From contig JAJYOI010000004.1 of the NCBI GenBank assembly GCA_021796275.1, positions 1,058-65,057 of the forward strand: a stretch of 64,000 nucleotides of DNA. The letters are read 5' to 3'. Origin of the DNA: Bacteroidota bacterium. GTDB lineage: Bacteria > Bacteroidota > Ignavibacteria > UBA10030 > UBA8401. The translations under genes were made by a program, and so were the position numbers. Positions 56,193 to 64,000 of the stretch are shown here, piece after piece (position 1 is the first letter of the stretch; each line of letters starts with the position of its first letter). The notes beneath the pieces were generated by a model, which saw only the letters and a program-made list of their open reading frames with translations, was not told the DNA's origin and ran no database searches.

Positions 56193-56456
56193 TCACCCGA
56201 TCACCGCTTCCACTCTCCTCACTTCGCTGACTTCACGCATCAACGCACGTTCAATTCCCGCCCGCAATGTCATGATAGACATCGGACAGTCTTTGCATGC
56301 TCCGACAAGTTTCACTCTCACAATTCCGTCCGGCGTCACTTCCACCAACTCAACGTCTCCCCCATCAAGCTGAAGATACGGCCGAACTTTGTGCAAAGAC
56401 TGTGCGACCCGTTCTCTCAATTGTTCTGTTTCAACTTCCACGTTTTCATCGCTCAC
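56193..56456 (-). CDS. NifU-like C-terminal domain (Fe-S assembly) protein
   Basis: VRPYLQLDGGDVELVEV...VKLVGACKDCPMSIMTL. Confidence 0.88.
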   Translation of the reverse strand: MSDENVEVETEQLRERVAQSLHKVRPYLQLDGGDVELVEVTPDGIVRVKLVGACKDCPMSIMTLRAGIERALMREVSEVRRVEAVIG

Positions 56457-56458
56457 TG

Positions 56459-57559
56459 TTAGTTTGCCGAAGAATTACCCATCATAATTTCAATTGCCGG
56501 TCCGGAAGAAGAAAGGTTTCTGATGCTTATCTGAGCGGCAAGATTTCGGGCAATTTCCGTGATGATTTTCGACTGTGGATTCTTCGGGTCCGATTCAACA
56601 AGCGGCCGGCCGATATCACCGCCGACACGAATATTAGTATCAATAGGAATTTCACCGAGAAACGGCACGTTCAATTCTTTCGCCGCACGCCGTCCGCCGC
56701 CGGCATCAAAAATATCTTCGCGGTGTCCGCAGTGCGAACACATAAAATAGCTCATGTTTTCAATGATGCCTAAAATCGGAACGTTCACTTTGTTGAACAT
56801 CATTAATCCCTTGCGGGCATCTGCAAGAGAAATCTCCTGCGGCGTCGTCACAATGACAGCGCCGGTGAGAGGAATTTGCTGCACCAATGTAAGCTGGATA
56901 TCGCCGGTGCCGGGAGGAAGATCGAAGACGAGATAATCAAGCTCACCCCATTCAACATCGGACATGAATTGCCGCACCGCGCCGCTTGCCATCGGCCCGC
57001 GCCAGATCACCGCCTGCATCGGGTCAACAAGAAATCCGATCGACATCACTTTCACGCCGTATTTTTCCAACGGCTGCAATTTTTGATTATGCAGTTTCGG
57101 ACGTTCGTTGATGTTAAACATGATCGGTATGCTCGGGCCATAAATATCGCAATCAATCAAGCCGACAGATGCGCCTTCCTTCACCAGGGCAACCGCGAGA
57201 TTAACGGCAACAGTGGATTTTCCGACGCCTCCCTTTCCGCTGGCGACAGCAATCGTGTTTTTCACGCCCTTCAACATCGTTGCCGGCTGTGCAACGTGGC
57301 GCGACGATACATTGGACGTCATCGCGATTGAAACAGTTCCAACATTATCTATTGCCTGACGAATGGCGCGCTCCGATTCAGCTTTCAACTGATCGCGAAC
57401 TGGACATGCCGGGGTTGTCAGTTCTATCGTGAAGCTCACGTCTTTTCCGGTGACAGCAACATCTTTAACGAAATTCAGTGCAACAATATCTTTGTGAAGG
57501 TCGGGGTCGTGCACAACCCGCAATGCCTCTAAAACGTTTTCCACAGTTAATGATTTCAT
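56459..57559 (-). CDS. apbC: Mrp/NBP35-family iron-sulfur cluster carrier ATPase
   Basis: The N-terminal DUF59-like segment is VHDPDLHKDIVALNFV. The deviant Walker A is VASGKGGVGKST. The CxxC is MCSHCG. Confidence 0.9.
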   Translation of the reverse strand: MKSLTVENVLEALRVVHDPDLHKDIVALNFVKDVAVTGKDVSFTIELTTPACPVRDQLKAESERAIRQAIDNVGTVSIAMTSNVSSRHVAQPATMLKGVKNTIAVASGKGGVGKSTVAVNLAVALVKEGASVGLIDCDIYGPSIPIMFNINERPKLHNQKLQPLEKYGVKVMSIGFLVDPMQAVIWRGPMASGAVRQFMSDVEWGELDYLVFDLPPGTGDIQLTLVQQIPLTGAVIVTTPQEISLADARKGLMMFNKVNVPILGIIENMSYFMCSHCGHREDIFDAGGGRRAAKELNVPFLGEIPIDTNIRVGGDIGRPLVESDPKNPQSKIITEIARNLAAQISIRNLSSSGPAIEIMMGNSSAN

Positions 57560-57665
57560 TCTCAGTTAAACCAATCCTCTCATACTGCTGTGTTTTTGTA
57601 GAAGTTTATTCAGACAAATCGCTTTCACTATAACCAACGCTGGGGAAATAATGTTTCACTCAGAC

Positions 57666-59531
57666 TTATTGATTGAGCGGAATCGAGCGCAGGTATTCCT
57701 GATACCATCCATCGTCGGGAACAACACTCGGAACTGCAACAATGCGCCCGCCGAATCCAAGATACCGCCAGGTAAACATCTGTGTTGTTGTAGCATGCAA
57801 ATTGCGAAGCGCTTTCTGGTCAATCGTTACACCGTATTTCTTTGCTAATCCCGCAACATAATGAGCAACTGTCTGCTGCTGTTTCTCTTGCAACAGTCTT
57901 TTCTGAATTGCGCCCTTGTATTTTTCAAATTCAGCGCCGGTGGTATCAATGAGCACCTTCTTGCCAAGAACTTTAAAAATTGTCAGCCCTTCTTTTATTC
58001 TCAAAGGACCGATTAATTGTCCCGAATCTGCGGTCGAAGCATAAAATCCAAGGTCACCATGTTCTTTGGAAGAGAACCAGCCCGATTCACCGCCTTGTTC
58101 CGCCCACTCTTTCCGCGTTGAATATTTTCGCGCCAATAATGCCATGTCTTCACCGCTGAGAATGCGCCGATGAATATCCTGCGCGAGGCGGACACTGTCA
58201 ACAAGTATTTCACGGATGTTCACTTCAACGGTGCCGCCATAAAGCTGCGCATTGTCTTTATAGTACTGCATCAATTCTTCATCCGAAACATGCACTGTGT
58301 CAGTCACACGGTTTAGCAAATCATGAGCACGGCGGTTATCAAACCATACACCGACATCATGGCGAACCTGAGGAGAATATTGCAGATTTTTCTGAAACGC
58401 TTTCCGTGCGATCAGCTCGTTCTGCACAACTGTTTTGATATTGTTGTTCAGGATCGCTTCAACAATGTTTCGCTGTAATGAAGGGAATACAACTTCGTTG
58501 TACCGCAAACCTTCAATAATATCACCGAGCGTCATATTTCCGTTTTCTGCGGTGACGAATGTCTCATCCAGCCGGTCGCGCAAATGTTCTGTAAGCCGGT
58601 CCAAATCGCCGGGACCGATCATATAATAATCTTTCACCTTGTGCTGCGTCGTATCCTCGTGCAAAATCGAATACACGCTGTCGGCTAAAAGAAGAAATAA
58701 TTTCGGATTTGCTTCAGCCCGCTGCTTTCCAAGAATCGAAAAGAATGTCCGCTGTGCAATTTCATCCTCCTGGCGTCCGTGAATGATTTTTTGCACCGAA
58801 GCAATCTGATCGGGCAGCGATTGGCTGGCGTACTGAGGGTTTGTTTCTTTGTCCAACAGCCGAAGCATTACCCATCCGTAATTTGCATCCTCAAACGGGC
58901 GCGAGAGTTTTTCTTTCCCAATCGCGTAGGCAGCATTTTCAAACGGAATATCTAACCCTCCGAAATTCACTGTTGCCGTGTCCAACGCGATGAAGAGCGA
59001 ATCTTCAAACACCGAGAAAACGCTATCTTTGTTCGCGGCACGCAGAACTTTTTTGTAAAGCAGGTCGCCTTTTTCTTTTGAAGAGATTTCCAGGATCAGA
59101 ACATGCAATTGATAGGCATATTTTCTCAACCCATCCCGAACTTCTGTCGTTGTAACGGAAATTTTTGGAAGAACCTCGCGTTTGAACAACTCGTCGCGCG
59201 AAAACATTTTTTCGAGCGAACGATGCCAGACGTTGGACGCGGAATCCCGTTCAATTCCTAGATCAGTAGCTTCGAACGCAAGCAGCCTTTCCGCAATCAT
59301 TGAATACAAAAATTCCTGTTTTGTGTATTCGATGCGGGCTTTGTCATCTTTCAACGGCCATGGCATGAGTTCAAAACGTTCAAGATAATCGGTTCCGTTA
59401 ATGACATCCGTTCCGACAGTCGCAATTGTATCGGTAGGGAGCGGCGAATCCTGAGCCAACGAAGGAATGACAGACGCCATGATGAGAAGCAGCCAGCACG
59501 TCACTTCGCGCATACGATGAATACGTCTCAC
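57666..59531 (-). CDS. SurA/PpiD-like periplasmic chaperone with a parvulin PPIase domain
   Basis: Signal peptide. A long helical chaperone region is followed by a parvulin-like segment, VNIREILV...GGESGWFSSKEHGDLGF...IGPLRIKEGLTIFKV. Confidence 0.7.
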   Translation of the reverse strand: MRRIHRMREVTCWLLLIMASVIPSLAQDSPLPTDTIATVGTDVINGTDYLERFELMPWPLKDDKARIEYTKQEFLYSMIAERLLAFEATDLGIERDSASNVWHRSLEKMFSRDELFKREVLPKISVTTTEVRDGLRKYAYQLHVLILEISSKEKGDLLYKKVLRAANKDSVFSVFEDSLFIALDTATVNFGGLDIPFENAAYAIGKEKLSRPFEDANYGWVMLRLLDKETNPQYASQSLPDQIASVQKIIHGRQEDEIAQRTFFSILGKQRAEANPKLFLLLADSVYSILHEDTTQHKVKDYYMIGPGDLDRLTEHLRDRLDETFVTAENGNMTLGDIIEGLRYNEVVFPSLQRNIVEAILNNNIKTVVQNELIARKAFQKNLQYSPQVRHDVGVWFDNRRAHDLLNRVTDTVHVSDEELMQYYKDNAQLYGGTVEVNIREILVDSVRLAQDIHRRILSGEDMALLARKYSTRKEWAEQGGESGWFSSKEHGDLGFYASTADSGQLIGPLRIKEGLTIFKVLGKKVLIDTTGAEFEKYKGAIQKRLLQEKQQQTVAHYVAGLAKKYGVTIDQKALRNLHATTTQMFTWRYLGFGGRIVAVPSVVPDDGWYQEYLRSIPLNQ

Positions 59532-59538
59532 AAATTTC

Positions 59539-60441
59539 TCACTCTATTTCTTTACCTGTTAACCGCCGGAGCGCTTCACGATACAGTTCCGACGTTCGGC
59601 GAATAATTTCCTCCGGCATCACCGGACCGGGAGGCTGCTTGTTAAATTTAATTGAAGTAAGGTAATCGCGGACAAATTGCTTGTCAAAACTGTCTTGCGG
59701 CTTACCGGGTGCGTACAACGCCGCGGGCCAAAAGCGCGAAGAATCAGGCGTCAGCAGTTCATCAATCAACACAAGCTCTCCGTTATATCTGCCGAATTCC
59801 ATTTTTGTATCTGCAATGATAATTCCTTTTGCTTCTGCGATGTGGCTTGCACGGGAAAAAATCTCGATTGAAACATCTCTCACTTTTCTACTGATCTCTT
59901 CGCCTTCGACCCTGCTCATTTCTTCAAAAGATATATTTTCATCATGGGTTCCCAATTCTGCTTTCGTTGACGGCGTAAAAATCGGCTTCGGCAAACGCGA
60001 GCTTTCAACCAATCCTGCCGGCAATGGAATCTTGCACACCGTTCGGCTCTTCTGATATTCAGCCCACCCGGAGCCGGAAAGATAGCCGCGGACAATACAT
60101 TCTACACCGAGCGGATTGGTTTTCTTCACCAGCATGCTTCTGCCGCGCAAATCCTCGGCATACGGCGCACACGACGACGGAAAATCTTTGACATCGGTAG
60201 CAACAATATGATTGGCAATGACATTGCGCGTGTGTTCAAACCAGAAATTAGAAATCTGAGTGAGTACCTTTCCTTTATATGGAATTCCCTGCGGCATCAC
60301 CACATCGAATGCCGAGAGACGGTCAGTGGCAACAATTAATAAATGTTCTCCCACATCATAAATATCACGGACTTTCCCGCGCTTCACGAGCTTCAACGCG
60401 GGAAAATTTGTCTCCGTAATGACTTTCACTGATGGAATCAT
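59539..60441 (-). CDS. purC: phosphoribosylaminoimidazole-succinocarboxamide synthase
   Basis: [28 protein letters not shown]...ADTKMEFG...[14 protein letters not shown]. Confidence 0.93.
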   Translation of the reverse strand: MIPSVKVITETNFPALKLVKRGKVRDIYDVGEHLLIVATDRLSAFDVVMPQGIPYKGKVLTQISNFWFEHTRNVIANHIVATDVKDFPSSCAPYAEDLRGRSMLVKKTNPLGVECIVRGYLSGSGWAEYQKSRTVCKIPLPAGLVESSRLPKPIFTPSTKAELGTHDENISFEEMSRVEGEEISRKVRDVSIEIFSRASHIAEAKGIIIADTKMEFGRYNGELVLIDELLTPDSSRFWPAALYAPGKPQDSFDKQFVRDYLTSIKFNKQPPGPVMPEEIIRRTSELYREALRRLTGKEIE

Positions 60442-60457
60442 TGCTCTCCTTTTTTAA

Positions 60458-61051
60458 TTAATCAATAAATGAACATTGAGATTTCAATGCGGCTGTTAAT
60501 CGTTTCAAATATTCTTCTCTCGAAATTTCTACTGCACCTAAACTTTCCAGATGAGGAGACATGTATTGAGCGTCCACCAAACTGAAATTTTGTTTCCGTA
60601 AGTGCTGCATCAATACCGCAAGCGCGACCTTCGATGCATCCGTCATTCTGCTGAACATTGATTCACCGAAAAACGCGCCGCCAAGCGCAACGCCGTACAA
60701 TCCGCCGGCAAGCTCTGTTCCGTGCCACGACTCGACCGAATGAGCGAAGCCCAATTCAAACAACTTCACGTAGCTGCGGATAATTGTTTCGGAAATCCAG
60801 GTTTCTTCTCTCTTTGCACAAGACCGCATGACTTCTTCGAATGCGGTATCAAACCGAACGACAAAAATATTTTTCTTCAGTGTCCGCCGCAGGCTCCGGG
60901 AAATTTTCACTCCGTCTATCGGAAAAACGGCGCGTGTTACCGGCTCAAACCATTGAATCCCCCCATCGCGGCTTTCCGCCATTGGAAAAAGCCCTTGCGT
61001 GTACGCGTAGAGCAACAACTTGCTGTCAATAATTTCCGTTTCAACAGTCAT
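60458..61051 (-). CDS. aat: leucyl/phenylalanyl-tRNA--protein transferase
   Basis: YTQGLFPMAES...WFEPVTRAVFP...GFAHSVESW...LAGGLYGVALGGAFFGESMFS. The ATG at 61051 is preferred; the track start at 61060 is a GTG. Confidence 0.9.
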   Translation of the reverse strand: MTVETEIIDSKLLLYAYTQGLFPMAESRDGGIQWFEPVTRAVFPIDGVKISRSLRRTLKKNIFVVRFDTAFEEVMRSCAKREETWISETIIRSYVKLFELGFAHSVESWHGTELAGGLYGVALGGAFFGESMFSRMTDASKVALAVLMQHLRKQNFSLVDAQYMSPHLESLGAVEISREEYLKRLTAALKSQCSFID

Positions 61052-61066
61052 GTGTAGCACATTAGC

Positions 61067-61390
61067 TCAAGACAAATTGCGTGCGGAACACTCGTCACAT
61101 TCGCACAGACTTCGGAGATACTCATACGTATATAATCCCGTGCCGTGACCGTCTCCCCACACAATTTGAATGGCATACTGTCCTACTGGTGTAATATTCC
61201 GTATTTCAAATTCGCCCGGCTTGAAAACCGGCAATGTAACTTTTCCTTTTTGTTCTTCGCGGTCAGCTTTGCACGATGCACACGGGCATACATCCCGTAA
61301 TCTGCGAAGCGTATATTTGCCGACATGCCGGTCATTCCACGTAATTGAGATTTCCGAATCAGAAATTCTTTCGATGCGTGCCGGAATCAT
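61067..61390 (-). CDS. DUF971 (gamma-butyrobetaine hydroxylase-like N-terminal) domain protein
   Basis: ISITWNDRHVGKYTLRRLRDVCPCASC...YAIQIVWGDGHGTGLYTYEYL. Confidence 0.8.
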   Translation of the reverse strand: MIPARIERISDSEISITWNDRHVGKYTLRRLRDVCPCASCKADREEQKGKVTLPVFKPGEFEIRNITPVGQYAIQIVWGDGHGTGLYTYEYLRSLCECDECSARNLS

Positions 61391-61436
61391 AACACAATGT
61401 AGTTAACTTTCGTCAGCGATTCAACCAGCGGTAAAT

Positions 61437-61474
61437 TGAAAAAATAATCCCGTCACACAGCGATCTATGACGGG
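61437..61474 (-). terminator. rho-independent terminator downstream of the aldo/keto reductase gene
   Basis: The minus strand reads CCCGTCA-(12-nt loop)-TGACGGG followed by ATTATTTTTT. It starts 28 nt after the stop at 61502. Confidence 0.6.
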
Positions 61475-61501
61475 TTGAAAAACACTGCCGAACAGAGCTG
61501 A

Positions 61502-62473
61502 TCATTCACCGTAAAAATTCCGCACCCAGCGGTGTTTCCGGAGTTCGATAAGAAGCGGGGATGATAATTTTTTCCCGTCCGAAACGGCGGTATTGCTCTC
61601 GGCATGTGCAATGGTACGTATTCCGGGAATGATTGTTGAAACCGCAGGATGAGACAGGCAAAACCGCAAAGCGAGTTCCGGCAACGTCCGCGCTTCTGCA
61701 CCAAGCAGCGTTTTCAATTTCTCGACGCGTTCAGCTACATGCCGTTTACGGTCGCCGCGGAAATAATCGTTGCGCCAGTCCTTCTCCGGGAATTTTGTTT
61801 CAGGAGTAACGCGGCCGGTCAATCCGCCTTCATCGAACGGAACGCGGACAATGACGCCGATATTATTTTTCTGGCAATACGGAAACAATTCATCTTCCGG
61901 CGACTGATCAAAAATATTGTAGATTACCTGAAACGAATCAATCAGTCCCGTGGCGGCGGCTTTCAATGCCGATGCCGGTTGATGATCGTTAATGGAAATT
62001 CCGAAATGCGCAACCTTTCCTTCTTTTTTCAAACTTTCTACGGCGCTCCAGATTTCAGAGACTTCCGACCATGTGTCGCTCCACACATGAAACTGCTGCA
62101 GATCAAGACACTCCGCCCGAAGATTTCTCAGGCTGTTCTCCGTGCACTCTATGATGTACTGTTTGGGAAATGTTTCCTGAAACGGAACACCGTCACGTGC
62201 GGGCCATTGGCGGTTCTTCGGTGGAATTTTTGACGCAACATAAATCCGCTCGCTGCGCGATCTCAGCAGCTTGCCGATCAACTTCTCGCTGTGTCCATCG
62301 CCGTACGCCAGCGCGGTGTCAATAAAATTGACGCCAAGCTCAACAGCTTTGTTCAATGCAATAAGAGATTCTTTATCGTCGGAACCCTGCCACATTGCCC
62401 CGCCGATACCCCATGCGCCAAATCCGATTTCGGAAACTTTGTATCCAGTTTTTCCAAGCTGCCGTGTAAACAT
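61502..62473 (-). CDS. aldo/keto reductase
   Basis: LGKTGYKVSEIGFGAWGIGG...FIDTALAYGDGHSEKLIG...HFGISIND. Confidence 0.9.
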   Translation of the reverse strand: MFTRQLGKTGYKVSEIGFGAWGIGGAMWQGSDDKESLIALNKAVELGVNFIDTALAYGDGHSEKLIGKLLRSRSERIYVASKIPPKNRQWPARDGVPFQETFPKQYIIECTENSLRNLRAECLDLQQFHVWSDTWSEVSEIWSAVESLKKEGKVAHFGISINDHQPASALKAAATGLIDSFQVIYNIFDQSPEDELFPYCQKNNIGVIVRVPFDEGGLTGRVTPETKFPEKDWRNDYFRGDRKRHVAERVEKLKTLLGAEARTLPELALRFCLSHPAVSTIIPGIRTIAHAESNTAVSDGKKLSSPLLIELRKHRWVRNFYGE

Positions 62474-62507
62474 TGTGTTTTTCTCTTTTTTGTTCTCAGT
62501 AGAAAAA

Positions 62508-62720
62508 CTATGCGAAAGGATTTTTCACTTTCGGCTTCGGTTTTAATGCTTTGTATTTTTCCAGCATCTCAATTAAGTGCTGCCGCGAAAGTTCGTCAAG
62601 GTCTTCATCATCTTTATCGCGCTTTGCAAGCATCTCAAAATCGTACAGATCATTTCCTTTCATCAGGTAGGAAAGATCTTTCAATTGTTGAATCAGTTGA
62701 TGTTGTTCCGATTGTGTCAT
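62508..62720 (-). CDS. small acidic helical hypothetical protein
   Basis: The ATG at 62720 gives MTQSEQHQLIQQLKDLSYLMKGNDLYDFEMLAKRDKDDEDLDELSRQHLIEMLEKYKALKPKPKVKNPFA. I recognise no family. The track start at 62768 is a TTG. Confidence 0.5.
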   Translation of the reverse strand: MTQSEQHQLIQQLKDLSYLMKGNDLYDFEMLAKRDKDDEDLDELSRQHLIEMLEKYKALKPKPKVKNPFA

Positions 62721-62913
62721 GGAAGAAATACGCCGAGGATAAAAATCATTCCAACTTTTAATGTGCAAAAGAAGTGAATGCTGGAGTACACTTTCTGAAA
62801 ATTTGCCGCAGCAAAAAAACGTTCACTCCTGAATTCAAAATCTCAAACGGAAACCGCCGCCCAGTGGCAGATTAATCACAAAGAATATCACGTCTCCGGA
62901 AATTGCAAACTCA

Positions 62914-64000
62914 TCATTCATCGCCAAAGCTGGTGCCGACTGCACGGGCAGCGCGCACAACCTCGCCATCCACGGGAACCAATCGCTGACGTGCAATCGC
63001 ATCAGCTATCGGCACGCTGGTTACCGCCAATCCCTGCAAGCTTACCATCTGACCAAATTGACACGCAAGCGCAAGCTCAACAGCTTTTGTGCCGTAACGA
63101 GTGGCAAGAATACGATCATACGCCGTTGGACTTCCGCCGCGCTGCAAATGCCCAAGCACGGTAACACGGGTTTCGAGTCCAGTTTCTTCCGTCACCTTAT
63201 GCGCCACATGGTCGCCTATTCCGCCGAAACGAATCGGGTCGGTTCGCTTGATATCCGTTTCCTTCACGACAATTTCTTCGTGCGCGGCCTTCGCACCTTC
63301 GGCAACGCACACAATACTGAAACGATTGCCGCGCGTACTGCGCTCAATGACCCTTTGGAAAACAGATTCCCATTTGAACGGAATTTCAGGAAGAAGAATA
63401 ATGTCGGCTCCGCCGGCAAGTCCTGCCTGCAAGGCAATCCAGCCCGCGTAGCGCCCCATGACTTCGATAACCATCACACGATGATGAGCCGACGCGGTTG
63501 TGTGCAGTCTGTCAATCGCTTCGGTGGCGATGCTCAATGCCGTATCAAAACCAAATGTCTGGTCGGTCGCGCCAAGATCGTTGTCGATTGTTTTCGGTAC
63601 ACCGATAATATTCATGCCCATCTCGCCAAGTTTTTTCGAAATGTGCATTGTGCCGTCACCGCCGATTGCGATAAGGCAGTCGAGCCCCCATCCTTTATAA
63701 TGTTTCAGCGTTCTTGCTGACGCATCGACAATATCAATGCCGTTGTTTCCTTCGGTGGGAAAATGAAACGGATCTCCTTTATTCGAAGTGCCGAGAATCG
63801 TTCCGCCAAGACCAATGATGCCGGAAATATCCTGCCGCGAAAGTTCACGCATTCTCCCTTCAACAAATCCTTCAAATCCGTCTTGAATACCGACAACAGT
63901 CACGCCGTAATCGGTCATTGCTGGTTTTGCAATGCCGCGTATTACTGCATTTAGTCCGGGGCAATCGCCGCCTCCGGTTAATATTCCTATTCTTCTGACT
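62914..64000 (-). CDS. pfkA: 6-phosphofructokinase (ATP- or PPi-dependent), N-terminus beyond the right edge
   Basis: The frame stays open above the track start (..RRIGILTGGGDCPGLNAVIRGIAKPAMTDYG..). IAIGGDGT, VPKTIDNDL, EVMGRYAGWIAL and LGHLQRGG are present. Confidence 0.9.
   Translation of the reverse strand, partial: VRRIGILTGGGDCPGLNAVIRGIAKPAMTDYGVTVVGIQDGFEGFVEGRMRELSRQDISGIIGLGGTILGTSNKGDPFHFPTEGNNGIDIVDASARTLKHYKGWGLDCLIAIGGDGTMHISKKLGEMGMNIIGVPKTIDNDLGATDQTFGFDTALSIATEAIDRLHTTASAHHRVMVIEVMGRYAGWIALQAGLAGGADIILLPEIPFKWESVFQRVIERSTRGNRFSIVCVAEGAKAAHEEIVVKETDIKRTDPIRFGGIGDHVAHKVTEETGLETRVTVLGHLQRGGSPTAYDRILATRYGTKAVELALACQFGQMVSLQGLAVTSVPIADAIARQRLVPVDGEVVRAARAVGTSFGDE

Noticed and set aside
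1-64000. tRNA, rRNA, tmRNA, riboswitch, transposase, integrase and phage genes
   Set aside because: I looked for T-loop-like GGTTCGAnnCC motifs in the intergenic regions and for DDE, tyrosine or serine recombinase signatures in the translations, and found none. A covariance-model scan (tRNAscan/Infernal) would be needed to exclude small RNAs.

Overview
This window looks like chromosome from an Ignavibacteria/Bacteroidota-type (FCB group) genome. That placement is an inference from three things: a porU-porV type IX secretion (T9SS) pair, three cargo proteins with ..NPFNPST..-type C-terminal sorting domains (CTDs), and a GWxTD protein. About 55 protein-coding genes are supported. I recognised no rRNA, tRNA, CRISPR array, transposase or integrase.

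Ordinary housekeeping covers roughly 24.5-32.8 kb (glgA, gmhB, rpiB, glyA, tatC, polyprenyl synthase) and 43-64 kb (korAB, nrnA, pepA, serA-like, pdxA, ftsE, NifU-like, mrp/apbC, purC, aat, pfk).

The parts worth a second look are:
1. A 30-nt motif made of two tandem 15-nt mini-palindromes occurs at least four times. Three copies sit in coding or formerly coding sequence, each as a net in-frame 10-codon block.
2. A decayed accessory patch lies at 3.8-5.4 kb. Two unannotated degenerate copies of the last ~35 codons of an 856-aa gene sit downstream of it. They are separated from the gene by a PIN toxin-antitoxin cassette and by large hairpins, including a three-tier nested hairpin.
3. A gene pair at 5.3-9.0 kb reads like a long, atypical ECF-sigma-like protein plus an anti-sigma-like membrane protein. 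The membrane protein carries two tandem ~350-aa FG-GAP sensor modules.
4. A same-strand array runs porU, porV, an M6-like T9SS cargo whose HExxH site reads NIASH, and an HEFTH peptidase fused to a TolB-like propeller and an Omp85 barrel. An intrinsic-terminator-like hairpin ends 14 nt upstream of the porU start.
5. There is also a HEPN/MNT toxin-antitoxin pair and a visibly AT-richer four-gene block at 40.2-42.6 kb.

All calls come from reading the translations and the DNA. No database search or computation was possible.
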